Below, one piece after another: positions 1 to 8,956 of a stretch of DNA of 52,999 bases. Numbering within the stretch: the first letter of the stretch is position 1; every line of letters starts with the position of its first letter. The position numbers and the translations under genes are program-made. The notes below the pieces were generated by a model. It did no database searches and was not told the origin of the DNA. It saw only the letters and a program-made list of their open reading frames with translations. This stretch comes from Prevotellaceae bacterium (lineage in GTDB: Bacteria > Bacteroidota > Bacteroidia > Bacteroidales > Paludibacteraceae), in NCBI GenBank assembly GCA_031261165.1, contig JAISJU010000091.1, positions 1 through 52,999 on the forward strand, given 5' to 3'.

Positions 1-3000
1 TGGTATTGGCGGAACTGACATTCGCAGTGCCTACTTTGGAGGCATTTGCACCGCTCTTGTAAATAAAATTGGTTTCTGTACCTTCGCAAACGGCGAGGGC
101 GGAAAAGTTAGGTTTCACTCGGGGGAACATTTTTACTACTAACGGCGTAATACCGAAGTTTTCTTCAAACGCGCCGCCGTAGTCATAAACCGCACGTACA
201 TAGAATACCGTATCGCGTTGTAACTGAGGTGTATAAACAAAGGTATTTGTATGTCCGAGTTCGCCGCCGGTACCTACTTCATCGCGATACCAAACGGGCG
301 TTACGCTACCGCAGGCTATCGTCAGAGGAGTAGGCATACCCAAACAAGCGAGGTGGCTCGAGCCTTCCCAAGTTACGGTCAATATCAAGACGCGACCCGA
401 CCCGAGAGAAATAGGACGGTCACTGCAATCGTCAGGAGAAAAGTTTGCATTCGTAATTACCTGACATTCCAACTCATAACGCGGAGCCGAGCAGTCATCA
501 TCGGCATCAGGCGTATAAAGAACAGGTATCCTGTAAGTAAAGGTGATGCTGTCCGTACGGTAGGGCAAACTGTCGTTCAACTGGTCAACAGGGAAATCCA
601 GTTCGTAAATGCGGTCGCCATCGGCTGTTACCACACCGGCAGGATTGCCCGTGATGCTTATCACGCCGAATTGAGGACTGACAATGCTGCCGTTTATTAC
701 GATTTGTTTCGGAACACGCAAACGTACATAGTCGCCGTCTTTGATTAAATGAGTGAATACGCCCAAATCTTTTTTGAAAGTGGCTATCAAAGTATCTTTC
801 GTACGGTCGGGGCTATACACGCGAGCGTCCATATTGATATTTTGCAAATTCACCTGGAAAGAATATTCAGGCGTTACGTCTGTGTATATCGTAGGCGTAA
901 TATACTGCGTGCCGTTGTCTTCGCAAGGCAAACCGCAGGAGTTTTTACCGTAGAAAGCACCGCGATAGCGGATACCCGTCAAGTCGGTTTCGCAAGTGGG
1001 AACAAAAGGTATGCGGATACTCAACTCGCGGTCGAGGTCGGTAAAACCGAAACTCGGGTCGGCACCCCAGCCGGGGAGCATAAACACCGTGCTGTCCAAC
1101 AAGTCTTTTGCATAAATCGCAAATTCACGGATTTGAGTTTCATTTGAACCGCTGCCGATTGCCGCTGCCATAGCAGTACGAATAGCGGCTGGAATGGGAC
1201 GGAAACCGCTGCCCACAGGATATTCAAATGATGCCAAACCAAACAGGGCGGTTGTATCTACATATACCTGACCCATCGGAACGCGAACTGTTACATAAGG
1301 GTCGTTCAACGCGCCCTGAGATACCCTGCCGTTGATAACATAATCGACAGTATAAGCACCATTGTAGTGCAAAGCACCCGGCTTTATTATATTGGGTACA
1401 TTTGCGGTAACATAGCCTGCTATCTTTGTCTTGGGACTTTGAGAATCAAGTATCGTATAGGTGTAAGCACCACGATTACAAGCATTCACAGAATCAATTG
1501 GATAAGCAGTGTTCGGATTCCAGGAACCATTTTGAGCAACTGCATCAAGAGCGGTGTAAAGAGTTATGGTATCATTTGCGCCGCACTCATTTTTGCCTTT
1601 ATAGTCAAACACCAAACGGTAGTTCTTCATTTGCATCGGGGTCATATTCCCCACATACAACCAGTTATTATCCAAGCCCTGACCGTTAATAGTGGTAGTA
1701 CCATCAGTCAAAACAGCATTTTCAACATTGCCTTTCAAGTAAAGCCATACATTGCGGTTAGTCAATGTGCCGTGAGAGTTTTGAATTTTCACACTCGCCA
1801 ATGATAATTGCTGAGAATTGGTATATACTATTTGAGGACTACTTTCCAAATACAAACGAGGACCATTGTAAGTTAAGTAGCACGCTACCGAATTTTTATC
1901 TATATTTGCATACGCTTGATTTTGGAAACTATAGACAGTATATACCTGATTACCTGTACTGATAGCAGGCGTTGCTCTCAAATTGTATAACAAATGGATA
2001 CCCTGCGCATCATCGCCCATAAAATATTTGCCATTGCTCAGTTTGCCTGATACGGAAATATTATTGACTGTTGCGTTGCTGCCATTGTAATCATAATCAA
2101 TGTATCTGCTTAAATCGAAATAATAGGTTTTGTTGTGCGTAGTAAAATCTTCTACTACATTGTCTGCCTGTACCAAAATATCATCGGCAGCCGATGCCCA
2201 AGTAAAGCCCCATTTCATAAAGCGTAACTTGAAAGTGGCATTATTAGTTACCTCAAAACCCGCAGGGATGGTTACACGTGCCTGTTTCGGGATTTGTTGA
2301 TAACGAACTTCCTTATTAAATGTAGGCGTTTCGCAGTCTAATCCAAAATCTCTTACATAAACATAATGATAAAGAACATCTTGCGTGCTGCAAGCGTTGG
2401 TAAACAGAGCCGTTTGCGGTATTGAAGTCCATTGGTCTCTCATTGCGCCGCTATTTGTAGATGGGTTGTTATATTGACTTAACTCAAAGAATGTTATTTT
2501 AAATATGTCATCATCTTTGGCATACATATCTACCCAAACAGGACTATCGTCTTTGATACCATAAGTTTTGATACCAATAGCACTTCGGCGAACATAAGAG
2601 TATGGGATTTGTTTCACTACAAAAGGAATTTTGAGATAGACACTATCCCCGCCGTGCGCCAAATAGTCGTTGGCAACACCGTCATAATAAACAATCAATG
2701 AGTCAATATTATTAACAGTCGGAATGCTTAATGCAAAGGTATCCACAGAGCCGTCTGCCTGCTTTGTAAAGATTATAGTGGCTTGATTCCAGAAAGGTTG
2801 CGTATATTGCGTATTGCCGAATCTTGCCTGCACCTGAGCACCAAAACCTGTTCCCATTGTATATTTTAATATTGTTACCAATCTATCATATACATTCCCT
2901 GCTGTGCCGCCCACACGTCCTTTTACATAATAATAAGCCGTATCGCCTTCGAGCAACTTGTTGTGGTCTATTTCACTGTCAAGTGCAAGCGTGCCGTCAT

Positions 3001-5260
3001 CGGGTATATGGTCGTTATTGCTGTCTTTAAATCCTCTGTTTTGACGATGCACGCCAAACTCATCAACGATTAATGCCTGATTTTGGCAGTTCAGTTTCAA
3101 TATTGAGAAGATTTTGGTTGTTTTCTTAAAAGTTTTGCGGGCGGGATTGATGCCCGTATCGCCCGAATGCCAATCTGCCCATATCTGTATAGTATCGCTT
3201 ATAATATCACCGGAAAGACAGACACCGGGTTTGATGCGAATATTTAAGGCATCTATAACATCTGCCGTATTCCAGAATTTGGCAGAATAAACGTTGCCGC
3301 CGCGTGCCTGCCCATCGGTAAAGACACGTCCGCCCAAATCGAATGCAGACTCTATCGTGCCGCCACTCATATCCAAACTACACCAAACAGGCAGTTTTAC
3401 AAATATCTCAGTGTAGCGCGGACCCGTAGGCTCATCAGCAGGATTGGTATTAGTCAAGTTATTGTCTGAGGCAGTACGGAAACGGTTGCTTATTGTTGCA
3501 ATCGTATTCGGATATACATAAACTTCTGACTGACCTGCCGAGTTAAATTGAGGCTTCCTTGTACTATAATTAGCACCCGGATATATATCACTTGTATTAC
3601 TCCAAGTTGCCCCGCAGGCATTGCTTGTCCAAATCTCATCTACTATACGAAAGAGATTATAATTATAGTCGTTGTAGTAAGTCTGGTAATTGGATTTGCT
3701 CTGATAAGCCTCATTAATCCAATCGGGGTTGATAGCAAAACCCATTAATATTTCTACTTTTGCACCCACAGGCAACTGATTGTCCATACTAATGGGCAGA
3801 TTGATGTAGTAACCGACAAATTTATTCAATAATCCGCTTGAATACATCTGTGCATTGGTAAATCTGCCGGAGGATACATTCATTGGATAATAAGGATTGC
3901 CTGTATTGCCTGTCAAATACTTGGCTGTTATTCTTGTTCTGTCTATTACAATACTGTCGGCTGTGTTGGCTGCATTTCGTACCGATACGCGGAAATAGAT
4001 TTGTGTGCTGTCAATGTAGGCACAGGGCGACAACGAAGTTGTAAGCCATGACAAGATACGGAAAGAACTTGTCGGTGCGGAATTGCTGTTGCTAAAAGTC
4101 GCTTTTGCCCAGTTCAAACTACCGTCAAATTTCACATACCGCCAGTCGTTTTTATTGCGCATATTGTCAAAATCATCATCATCTTGTACTCTTGTTGTTG
4201 CACTGGAGTAACTGAATATCGGTGCTACGCCTTCACTGGGCAGTTGCAATATCACCTGGCTGCCCGTCCATCGGTTGCCGCACTGGTTGGCGGCATTGGT
4301 ATTGGTGTAGGAAGCATCATACCATATTTCTGTATTGATAAACTGGTTACAGCCCTGATTGGAGGTAGCGCGGAAAGTAAGTTTTCGGGCTATATTATTT
4401 ACATTGCCGTTGAGTTCCGCCTGCGTCAGCGTAATGGTTACGGTGCGCGAGGTTTGGGTGGTTACCGTAACGGGATTATATACTATCCGTGCCGCAGGTA
4501 TCAGTACGCCGTCTATTTTAAAACTGTCCACATAGATAATTTGCGGATTGTAAGTGAACATCGCACGGAATGATTTTACATAGCCGTTTTGTGCGTCAAT
4601 GTCCAATGATACGAGGTTGGTATCTTTGACTTGTGTGTAATTTATTATCTCGTAGCCTGACGTGGGCTGCAAGCGCATAGTAGGCTTTTGTACAGAGGCT
4701 TGATAGTCGCGGTGTCCGCCGAGAACAAAATCATTGCCCGAAATATCTATCACATAATCGCCCTGATTGAAAATATCCACGCCGCAGGTAGCGCGTATGG
4801 CTATTTTCATCACGATACTGTCGCCAATACGCAAAGTTTTGCTGTTGGCAGTGTAGTTGATGGTGAATTTTCGCGTACCGGCAACAGATGTACCGGTTAC
4901 CGTTCCGTTGTCGAAAGAGGCAGCGGGAGTCAGGTTTGCGTCTGTGTAGATGGTTTGCTTGGCATTGCCGGGCGCAGCCGTGCTGCCTACACGCACAAAG
5001 TCAATCCCGACAGGCAAGACTACCTCTATTTTGGGATTTACAATGTTTTTGGCGTACAGTTTGGCATTGATATACAAATAGCCGCTGTCGCCAAGTGCCA
5101 CAATGGGCGTGGGGTTTTGTGCCGGTGCGCCCTGCTCCCAAATAAGATTGGAAAGCACGGTCTGCGCTTGCGTTGTTCCCGCAAACGCCCCCAAACACAA
5201 TAGGGTTAAGAGCATACGCTTGATGCCCCTAAACCAAATTCTTTGGTCTTGGTGTTTCAT
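1..5260 (-). CDS. Very large secreted/cell-surface protein. The N-terminal >1,750 codons are present; the 3' end runs off the left edge of the window.
   Basis: It is absent from the ORF track because its stop codon lies outside the window. The ATG at 5258-5260 (minus) gives MKHQDQRIWFRGIKRMLLTLLCLGAFAGTTQAQTVLSNLIWEQG..., a signal peptide followed by Thr/Asn/Gly/Val-rich sequence. I translated about 1 kb from the start and spot-checked the frame at 1-180, 2401-2460 and 3541-3600 without meeting a stop. All listed ORFs in 1-5260 are short and in other frames. Confidence 0.75.
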   Translation of the reverse strand, partial: MKHQDQRIWFRGIKRMLLTLLCLGAFAGTTQAQTVLSNLIWEQGAPAQNPTPIVALGDSGYLYINAKLYAKNIVNPKIEVVLPVGIDFVRVGSTAAPGNAKQTIYTDANLTPAASFDNGTVTGTSVAGTRKFTINYTANSKTLRIGDSIVMKIAIRATCGVDIFNQGDYVIDISGNDFVLGGHRDYQASVQKPTMRLQPTSGYEIINYTQVKDTNLVSLDIDAQNGYVKSFRAMFTYNPQIIYVDSFKIDGVLIPAARIVYNPVTVTTQTSRTVTITLTQAELNGNVNNIARKLTFRATSNQGCNQFINTEIWYDASYTNTNAANQCGNRWTGSQVILQLPSEGVAPIFSYSSATTRVQDDDDFDNMRNKNDWRYVKFDGSLNWAKATFSNSNSAPTSSFRILSWLTTSLSPCAYIDSTQIYFRVSVRNAANTADSIVIDRTRITAKYLTGNTGNPYYPMNVSSGRFTNAQMYSSGLLNKFVGYYINLPISMDNQLPVGAKVEILMGFAINPDWINEAYQSKSNYQTYYNDYNYNLFRIVDEIWTSNACGATWSNTSDIYPGANYSTRKPQFNSAGQSEVYVYPNTIATISNRFRTASDNNLTNTNPADEPTGPRYTEIFVKLPVWCSLDMSGGTIESAFDLGGRVFTDGQARGGNVYSAKFWNTADVIDALNIRIKPGVCLSGDIISDTIQIWADWHSGDTGINPARKTFKKTTKIFSILKLNCQNQALIVDEFGVHRQNRGFKDSNNDHIPDDGTLALDSEIDHNKLLEGDTAYYYVKGRVGGTAGNVYDRLVTILKYTMGTGFGAQVQARFGNTQYTQPFWNQATIIFTKQADGSVDTFALSIPTVNNIDSLIVYYDGVANDYLAHGGDSVYLKIPFVVKQIPYSYVRRSAIGIKTYGIKDDSPVWVDMYAKDDDIFKITFFELSQYNNPSTNSGAMRDQWTSIPQTALFTNACSTQDVLYHYVYVRDFGLDCETPTFNKEVRYQQIPKQARVTIPAGFEVTNNATFKLRFMKWGFTWASAADDILVQADNVVEDFTTHNKTYYFDLSRYIDYDYNGSNATVNNISVSGKLSNGKYFMGDDAQGIHLLYNLRATPAISTGNQVYTVYSFQNQAYANIDKNSVACYLTYNGPRLYLESSPQIVYTNSQQLSLASVKIQNSHGTLTNRNVWLYLKGNVENAVLTDGTTTINGQGLDNNWLYVGNMTPMQMKNYRLVFDYKGKNECGANDTITLYTALDAVAQNGSWNPNTAYPIDSVNACNRGAYTYTILDSQSPKTKIAGYVTANVPNIIKPGALHYNGAYTVDYVINGRVSQGALNDPYVTVRVPMGQVYVDTTALFGLASFEYPVGSGFRPIPAAIRTAMAAAIGSGSNETQIREFAIYAKDLLDSTVFMLPGWGADPSFGFTDLDRELSIRIPFVPTCETDLTGIRYRGAFYGKNSCGLPCEDNGTQYITPTIYTDVTPEYSFQVNLQNINMDARVYSPDRTKDTLIATFKKDLGVFTHLIKDGDYVRLRVPKQIVINGSIVSPQFGVISITGNPAGVVTADGDRIYELDFPVDQLNDSLPYRTDSITFTYRIPVLYTPDADDDCSAPRYELECQVITNANFSPDDCSDRPISLGSGRVLILTVTWEGSSHLACLGMPTPLTIACGSVTPVWYRDEVGTGGELGHTNTFVYTPQLQRDTVFYVRAVYDYGGAFEENFGITPLVVKMFPRVKPNFSALAVCEGTETNFIYKSGANASKVGTANVSSANT

Positions 5261-5313
5261 AAAATAAAAATTGAATTAATGAATGGTTTTTTTAAAAAAT
5301 ATATATCTTTCTG

Positions 5314-5400
5314 TCTGAATCAGGATTTACAGGATTTTCAGATTGTCAGGATTGTATTCATCTTGTAAATCTTTTAATCCTGAAAATTCTGCTTCAGACA
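5314..5400. repeat. Family A element (TCTGAATCAGGATTTACAGGATT...), copy 1
   Basis: It is about 80% identical in direct orientation to 6237-6323. Its terminal words are inverted (tctgaatcagg...gcttcagaca). Confidence 0.85.
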
Positions 5401-5464
5401 CATAAAAAAGCGTGTAATGCCTTTTTGTATTGGCTTACACGCTTTTTCTAATTATAAATTTGAA

Positions 5465-5872
5465 TTATTTTCTTATTATCCAATTTTCGATTTTAATGTT
5501 TGAAATTCTATCAAAATGTTTGGTGTTATCTGTAACTAATGTTAGTTGATTAACAATAGCCGAGGTAGCTATCAACAAATCAAAATCATCTACCAACATT
5601 CCTGCTTTGCGCAACCTTGCCTTCTCTTTTGCATATATATCGAAAGTGTCAAAGACAGGCAATACATTTATTTCTTCTGAAAACTCTTTTATTAATTGCA
5701 AGTTTTCAATTACTCGATTGCTGCATTCCGCACCGTATTTGAGTTCTGCGATTGTGATTTCGGAAATATAACAATTCTCGAAACCAATCATTTCAAGTTT
5801 CTTATCCAATTCGTATTTTCCTCTCATATAGAAAATACAAATATTTGTATCTAACAAGTATCCTTTCATCAT
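5465..5872 (-). CDS. vapC: PIN-domain toxin (VapC family) of a type II toxin-antitoxin pair
   Basis: The sequence MKGYLLDTNICIFYMRG...TIAELKYGAE...DLLIATSAIVNQLTLVTDNTKHF has the typical PIN acidic-residue layout. The ATG at 5870-5872 overlaps the upstream stop (TGATG). The track start at 5875 is a TTG. Confidence 0.85.
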   Translation of the reverse strand: MMKGYLLDTNICIFYMRGKYELDKKLEMIGFENCYISEITIAELKYGAECSNRVIENLQLIKEFSEEINVLPVFDTFDIYAKEKARLRKAGMLVDDFDLLIATSAIVNQLTLVTDNTKHFDRISNIKIENWIIRK

Positions 5873-6129
5873 CAAAATTCGGCAATGCTGCGGTTAAAAT
5901 GTCTGCTTCCTCTAATTTCCGAAATCATTTCTTCGGCTGTTTTGTCCGACTGGAACGCCCCAAAGAAACGATGAGCAGAGTTTTTTCTTGCCTTTATTTT
6001 TGCCGTCTCTCTTCGTGTAGCATCATTGATAAGTTCCACCGCCAAAGCCATTTTAAGTTCGGGACTTAAACCTTTTAATAAGCCTAAATAATTACTTATC
6101 ACTATTGGGGTATTCATTGTTGTATTCAT
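5872..6129 (-). CDS. Putative antitoxin partner of VapC (family not recognised)
   Basis: It is a small ORF directly upstream of vapC and overlapping it. The track start (6156) is a TTG lying inside the -7 promoter box. The first ATG is at 6129 (MNTTMNTPIVISNYLGLLKGLSPELKMALAVELI...). Confidence 0.6.
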   Translation of the reverse strand: MNTTMNTPIVISNYLGLLKGLSPELKMALAVELINDATRRETAKIKARKNSAHRFFGAFQSDKTAEEMISEIRGSRHFNRSIAEF

Positions 6130-6153
6130 ATCCTTTTGTTTTTTTTGTTGCTG

Positions 6154-6161
6154 CAAAGATA
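6154..6161 (-). promoter_or_regulatory. -7 box TATCTTTG upstream of the vapB-like gene
   Basis: It matches the Bacteroidetes sigma-A consensus TAnnTTTG and lies 24 nt upstream of the ATG at 6129. Confidence 0.6.
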
Positions 6162-6236
6162 CAAATTAATTGCAAATTATTAATTACATTTTTTATTTTT
6201 TTCGTGTAAGCCAATATTTCAAAGAACTTTATTTTG

Positions 6237-6323
6237 TCTGAATCGGGATTTGCAGGATTTTAGGATTATCAAGATTGTATTCATTCTGTAAATCTTTTCA
6301 TTCTGAGAATTCCGATTCGGATA
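6237..6323. repeat. Family A element, copy 2
   Basis: tctgaatcgggatttgcaggattttaggatt...ttccgattcggata is a direct repeat of 5314-5400 on the other side of vapBC. Confidence 0.85.
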
Positions 6324-6552
6324 TATTTATATACAAATACAAAAAACCTCAGCAGGGCATATATTCTATATCTGCCCAACCGAAGTCTTTTCATCGTCTT
6401 GTTGTTGCAGCGCAATGAAAAAAATGGATACATTTTTCCCGCGCCGATTGAACGACTTGTTTTTCATAAAAATGAGTTAATGATGAATGGTTCACTTATC
6501 TTGTTTTGTCTCGCTAATTCTATCTTTGTTAATATAACGATAAAATTCTGTG

Positions 6553-6584
6553 CAAAGATAAAAACAATATTTCGGTTGCACAAA
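6553..6584 (-). promoter_or_regulatory. Orphan promoter TTTG-N20-TATCTTTG
   Basis: Both the -33 and -7 boxes are present with consensus spacing. There is no annotated gene directly downstream. Confidence 0.5.
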
Positions 6585-6591
6585 ATTTTTT

Positions 6592-6637
6592 ACAAAAAAA
6601 ATGCGTGTCCGTTAATCATTTTGTTTTACGGACACGC
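6592..6637 (-). terminator. Intrinsic terminator (10-bp stem GCGTGTCCGT/ACGGACACGC plus T8) with no adjacent gene
   Basis: The hairpin is at 6603-6637. On the minus strand it is followed by TTTTTTTT (6593-6600). Confidence 0.6.
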
Positions 6638-6998
6638 TTAAACGCCTATTAATAAAGGAAATAAGGTAAATGTTAAATTTTTAATTGGAACAAGAAACAG
6701 TTGTTTTTATTGATTTTTTGTTTGTATTTTTCGGCTTTTCAGCCTTAATTTTTAATCAAAAACGGGGTTTGAACGCAAATTACGCAGATAACGCAAATTT
6801 ACGCAAAAGCAACGCTTAAAACTATTGAAAATTAGAAAACGGTTTTAGATTTCTTCTGAATGCTACGCGCGGGGCTAAATGTGCATAACCGTATGCAAGC
6901 GTAGCGCGGCTTACGGTAGATAAAGCCCTGCTGCTGTCCAGCCTGTTAAGCGCAAGGCTGTTAAGTTCTCTGTAAAACGTACCGAACTATGTAAGTCC

Positions 6999-7103
6999 TG
7001 TCATTGCGGGCTTGACCCGCAACCCCCTGAAAAAAAGGGGATTCTGACTTTCGTCAGAATGACAGGATTGAAAAGGGGATTGCGGGTCAAGCCCGCAATG
7101 ACA
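6999..7103. repeat. Family B palindromic element (arms TGTCATTGCGGGCTTGACCCGCAA(T/C)CCCC)
   Basis: The left arm is 6999-7027 and the right arm is 7075-7103. An inner hairpin is ttctgactttcgtcagaa. Confidence 0.9.
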
Positions 7104-7108
7104 AAACC

Positions 7109-7427
7109 CCGCTCGCACCGATTTGCAATTACGAGTGTTCGGAAGATTGGAAAGACCTCATTTTTACCTAATTTCTCTAACAAAACAACCTCAGTAGCCA
7201 AGTGATTTGTCTGTCCCCAACCTCATTACCTCATTTCTTTAATATCCTAATTAGGTAATGAGGTTTATTTAACTCCAATTTTTCTGCTACTGAGGTTGTT
7301 TTGTTAGAAAAATTAGGTAGAAATGAGGTCTTTCCAATCTTCCGAACACGACTAATTTGCAATCGGTGTGCTAAATGCTTGATTAATAATCGTGTATGGC
7401 GCACCGATTGCAAATCGGCGCGAGCGG
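7109..7427. repeat. 319-bp long-armed palindrome (MITE-like)
   Basis: The roughly 90-bp arms at 7111-7198 and 7286-7369 are near-perfect reverse complements. The outer pair is ccgctcgcaccgatttgcaat / attgcaaatcggcgcgagcgg. The inner hairpin is cctcattacct...aggtaatgagg. Confidence 0.85.
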
Positions 7428-7510
7428 AAAAAATCAAAACAGTTTCTAAACAATTTTGCGAAAATTTGCGTTATCTGCGTAATTTGCGTTCTTTTGAACT
7501 TTTCAAACCG

Positions 7511-8113
7511 TTAAAACCGGTAGCCCACCGACACGCCAATCTTATTTGGGTAATACTCATTCGAGCCGTTGAAAGGGTCGGGCGGGTTGTCGTTTTCGTG
7601 TCCGTGCGGTGTCATATTGATGCTACCGTCTGCAAAGTAGCCGTTGTACCAACTTGCCGTAAAAGACCAACCGAAATAACAGTCTATCAGCCATTTGTCG
7701 TTGATGCGATACTCGTAGCCGCCGCAAATGCCGAGCATCAAGCCAAAACCTTTTGCCGTGCCGTCATAAAAACGCAGTTTGCCACCGCTGAGGTAGGGCT
7801 TTGAGAGGTTAAAGCCCATTGCACCCGCGTTGGCAGCGGCATACCAACCTTTGTTGCGTTCGCCGAAGTAACGGCGCACTTCGTTGAGAAAAATGCCGAA
7901 ATGCAGGGGTTTGTGCATTCCGTTTTCGTGGAAACCGAGCCAGGGGGAATAGACTATTTCCGCCTGATAGGTGTAGCGCGGCGAGAGCGGAAACTCCACG
8001 GCGGGGTTGAAAATGCCAAAAGGCAAGTAGAGCGCATTCATTTTCGGAACAATTTGCGCCGAAAGCGTGGCGGCGGATAACATTAATAATAATGTAAGGA
8101 TTGTTTTTCTCAT
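7511..8113 (-). CDS. Outer-membrane beta-barrel protein, DUF3575-like
   Basis: It has a signal peptide (MRKTILTLLLMLSAATLSAQ), alternating aromatic/glycine beta-strand patterns and a C-terminal ...VSVGYRF. The motifs N-x-LY...NPAVEF...YSPW...EVRRYF resemble my memory of DUF3575. Confidence 0.55.
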   Translation of the reverse strand: MRKTILTLLLMLSAATLSAQIVPKMNALYLPFGIFNPAVEFPLSPRYTYQAEIVYSPWLGFHENGMHKPLHFGIFLNEVRRYFGERNKGWYAAANAGAMGFNLSKPYLSGGKLRFYDGTAKGFGLMLGICGGYEYRINDKWLIDCYFGWSFTASWYNGYFADGSINMTPHGHENDNPPDPFNGSNEYYPNKIGVSVGYRF

Positions 8114-8130
8114 AAACTTCGTTTTTTGGA

Positions 8131-8230
8131 GGCACGCAGATGACGCAGATAACGCAGATTTTCGCAGATTTTTTTCTTAATTATAGAAATTATCTGCGAA
8201 AATCCGCGTTATCTGCGTCATCTGCGTGCC
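8131..8230. repeat. Family C palindrome (GGCACGCAGATGACGCAGATAACGCAGAT...)
   Basis: Arm 8131-8170 is the reverse complement of arm 8192-8230, with one or two mismatches. The right arm is translated as the ispD C-terminus. Confidence 0.9.
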
Positions 8231-8891
8231 TGATTAAACATTGTGCTATCTTCAAATCAAAAACTGTCGTAATTTTTATATTTTCGCGGTTGCCTTCCGT
8301 CAAATGTATTTTTGCGCCGAAAGCCTCTACCACAGAGGCATCATCGGTAAAAGCAGGCGTAAAGGCTTGTTGATAAGCATCTTTCAGCAGGCGCACATCA
8401 AATACTTGCGGCGTCTGCACCAATTTAAAATTTTGTCGCGCAACGGCAATGCTTTCATTATCAACAATTTGCCGGATACTATCCACACTATCCACCACCG
8501 GCACTGCTGCGCGATGTTCCGCCGCCGCCTCAAAACAACGACTGATGGTGTCCGCGCTGACCAAAGGGCGCACGCCATCGTGTATGGCAACCAAGCCCTC
8601 GCCGTCAATCAACGAAAGCCCGTTTTTGACAGAGTGAAAACGTGTTTCGCCGCCTTTGGCAATGGGGCATTTTTGCTTAAAATTATGCTTTCTGCACAGT
8701 TCATTCCAAAAAAGGATTTGCGTTTCGGGCAATACCAAAATAATATGGATACCTTCATCGTAACGCAAAAACGCATCAATGGTGTGCATCAAAACCGGCT
8801 TTCCCGCGAGTTCCAAAAACTGTTTCGGCACCCCGCCGCCCAAGCGTATGCCGCGCCCGCCTGCTACTATAATTGCGTATTTTTTAGACAT
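8190..8891 (-). CDS. ispD: 2-C-methyl-D-erythritol 4-phosphate cytidylyltransferase
   Basis: [37 protein letters not shown]... is the classic IspD N-terminus. ATG at 8889-8891. The track start at 8945 lies upstream of the -7 box. The last 13 codons ([13 protein letters not shown]) are encoded by a palindromic repeat. Confidence 0.9.
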   Translation of the reverse strand: MSKKYAIIVAGGRGIRLGGGVPKQFLELAGKPVLMHTIDAFLRYDEGIHIILVLPETQILFWNELCRKHNFKQKCPIAKGGETRFHSVKNGLSLIDGEGLVAIHDGVRPLVSADTISRCFEAAAEHRAAVPVVDSVDSIRQIVDNESIAVARQNFKLVQTPQVFDVRLLKDAYQQAFTPAFTDDASVVEAFGAKIHLTEGNRENIKITTVFDLKIAQCLIRHADDADNADFRR

Positions 8892-8914
8892 TGGACAGTT
8901 ATTTTTTGAGGAGG

Positions 8915-8922
8915 CAAAGGTA
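8915..8922 (-). promoter_or_regulatory. -7 box TACCTTTG upstream of ispD
   Basis: It lies 23 nt upstream of the ATG at 8891. Confidence 0.6.
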
Positions 8923-8956
8923 AGGGTTTTTGTCGTTAAAATCAAACTTAATAAAA

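Larger units (their letters stand above)
6771..7491. repeat. Composite locus bounded by a perfect 28-bp inverted repeat (family C, CGCAAAT/CGCAGAT words) and filled with nested palindromic elements
   Basis: The reverse complement of 6771-6798 (gaacgcaaattacgcagataacgcaaat) equals 7464-7491. The interior holds hairpin-rich segment 6861-6982, family B palindrome 6999-7103 and the 319-bp palindrome 7109-7427. Confidence 0.85.

Noticed and set aside
251-5203. Plus-strand ORFs of 129-171 aa (251-748, 749-1147, 1367-1804, 4184-4573, 4688-5203)
   Set aside because: They lie antisense to one continuous >1,750-codon minus-strand frame that has a signal peptide. Their sequences are low-complexity, R/C-rich and shadow-like. 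No promoter boxes were seen.
6399-6641. 80-aa plus-strand ORF in the AT-rich spacer
   Set aside because: It starts with a non-ATG codon and runs through a minus-strand promoter and terminator. The composition is typical of non-coding AT-rich DNA.
7001-7804. ORFs 7001-7201(-), 7231-7437(-) and 7301-7804(+)
   Set aside because: They are direct translations of palindromic repeat arms; the same peptide, MLEKLGRNEVFPIFRT / LLEKLGKNEVFPIFRT, appears on both strands. The last one is also antisense to the DUF3575-like gene.
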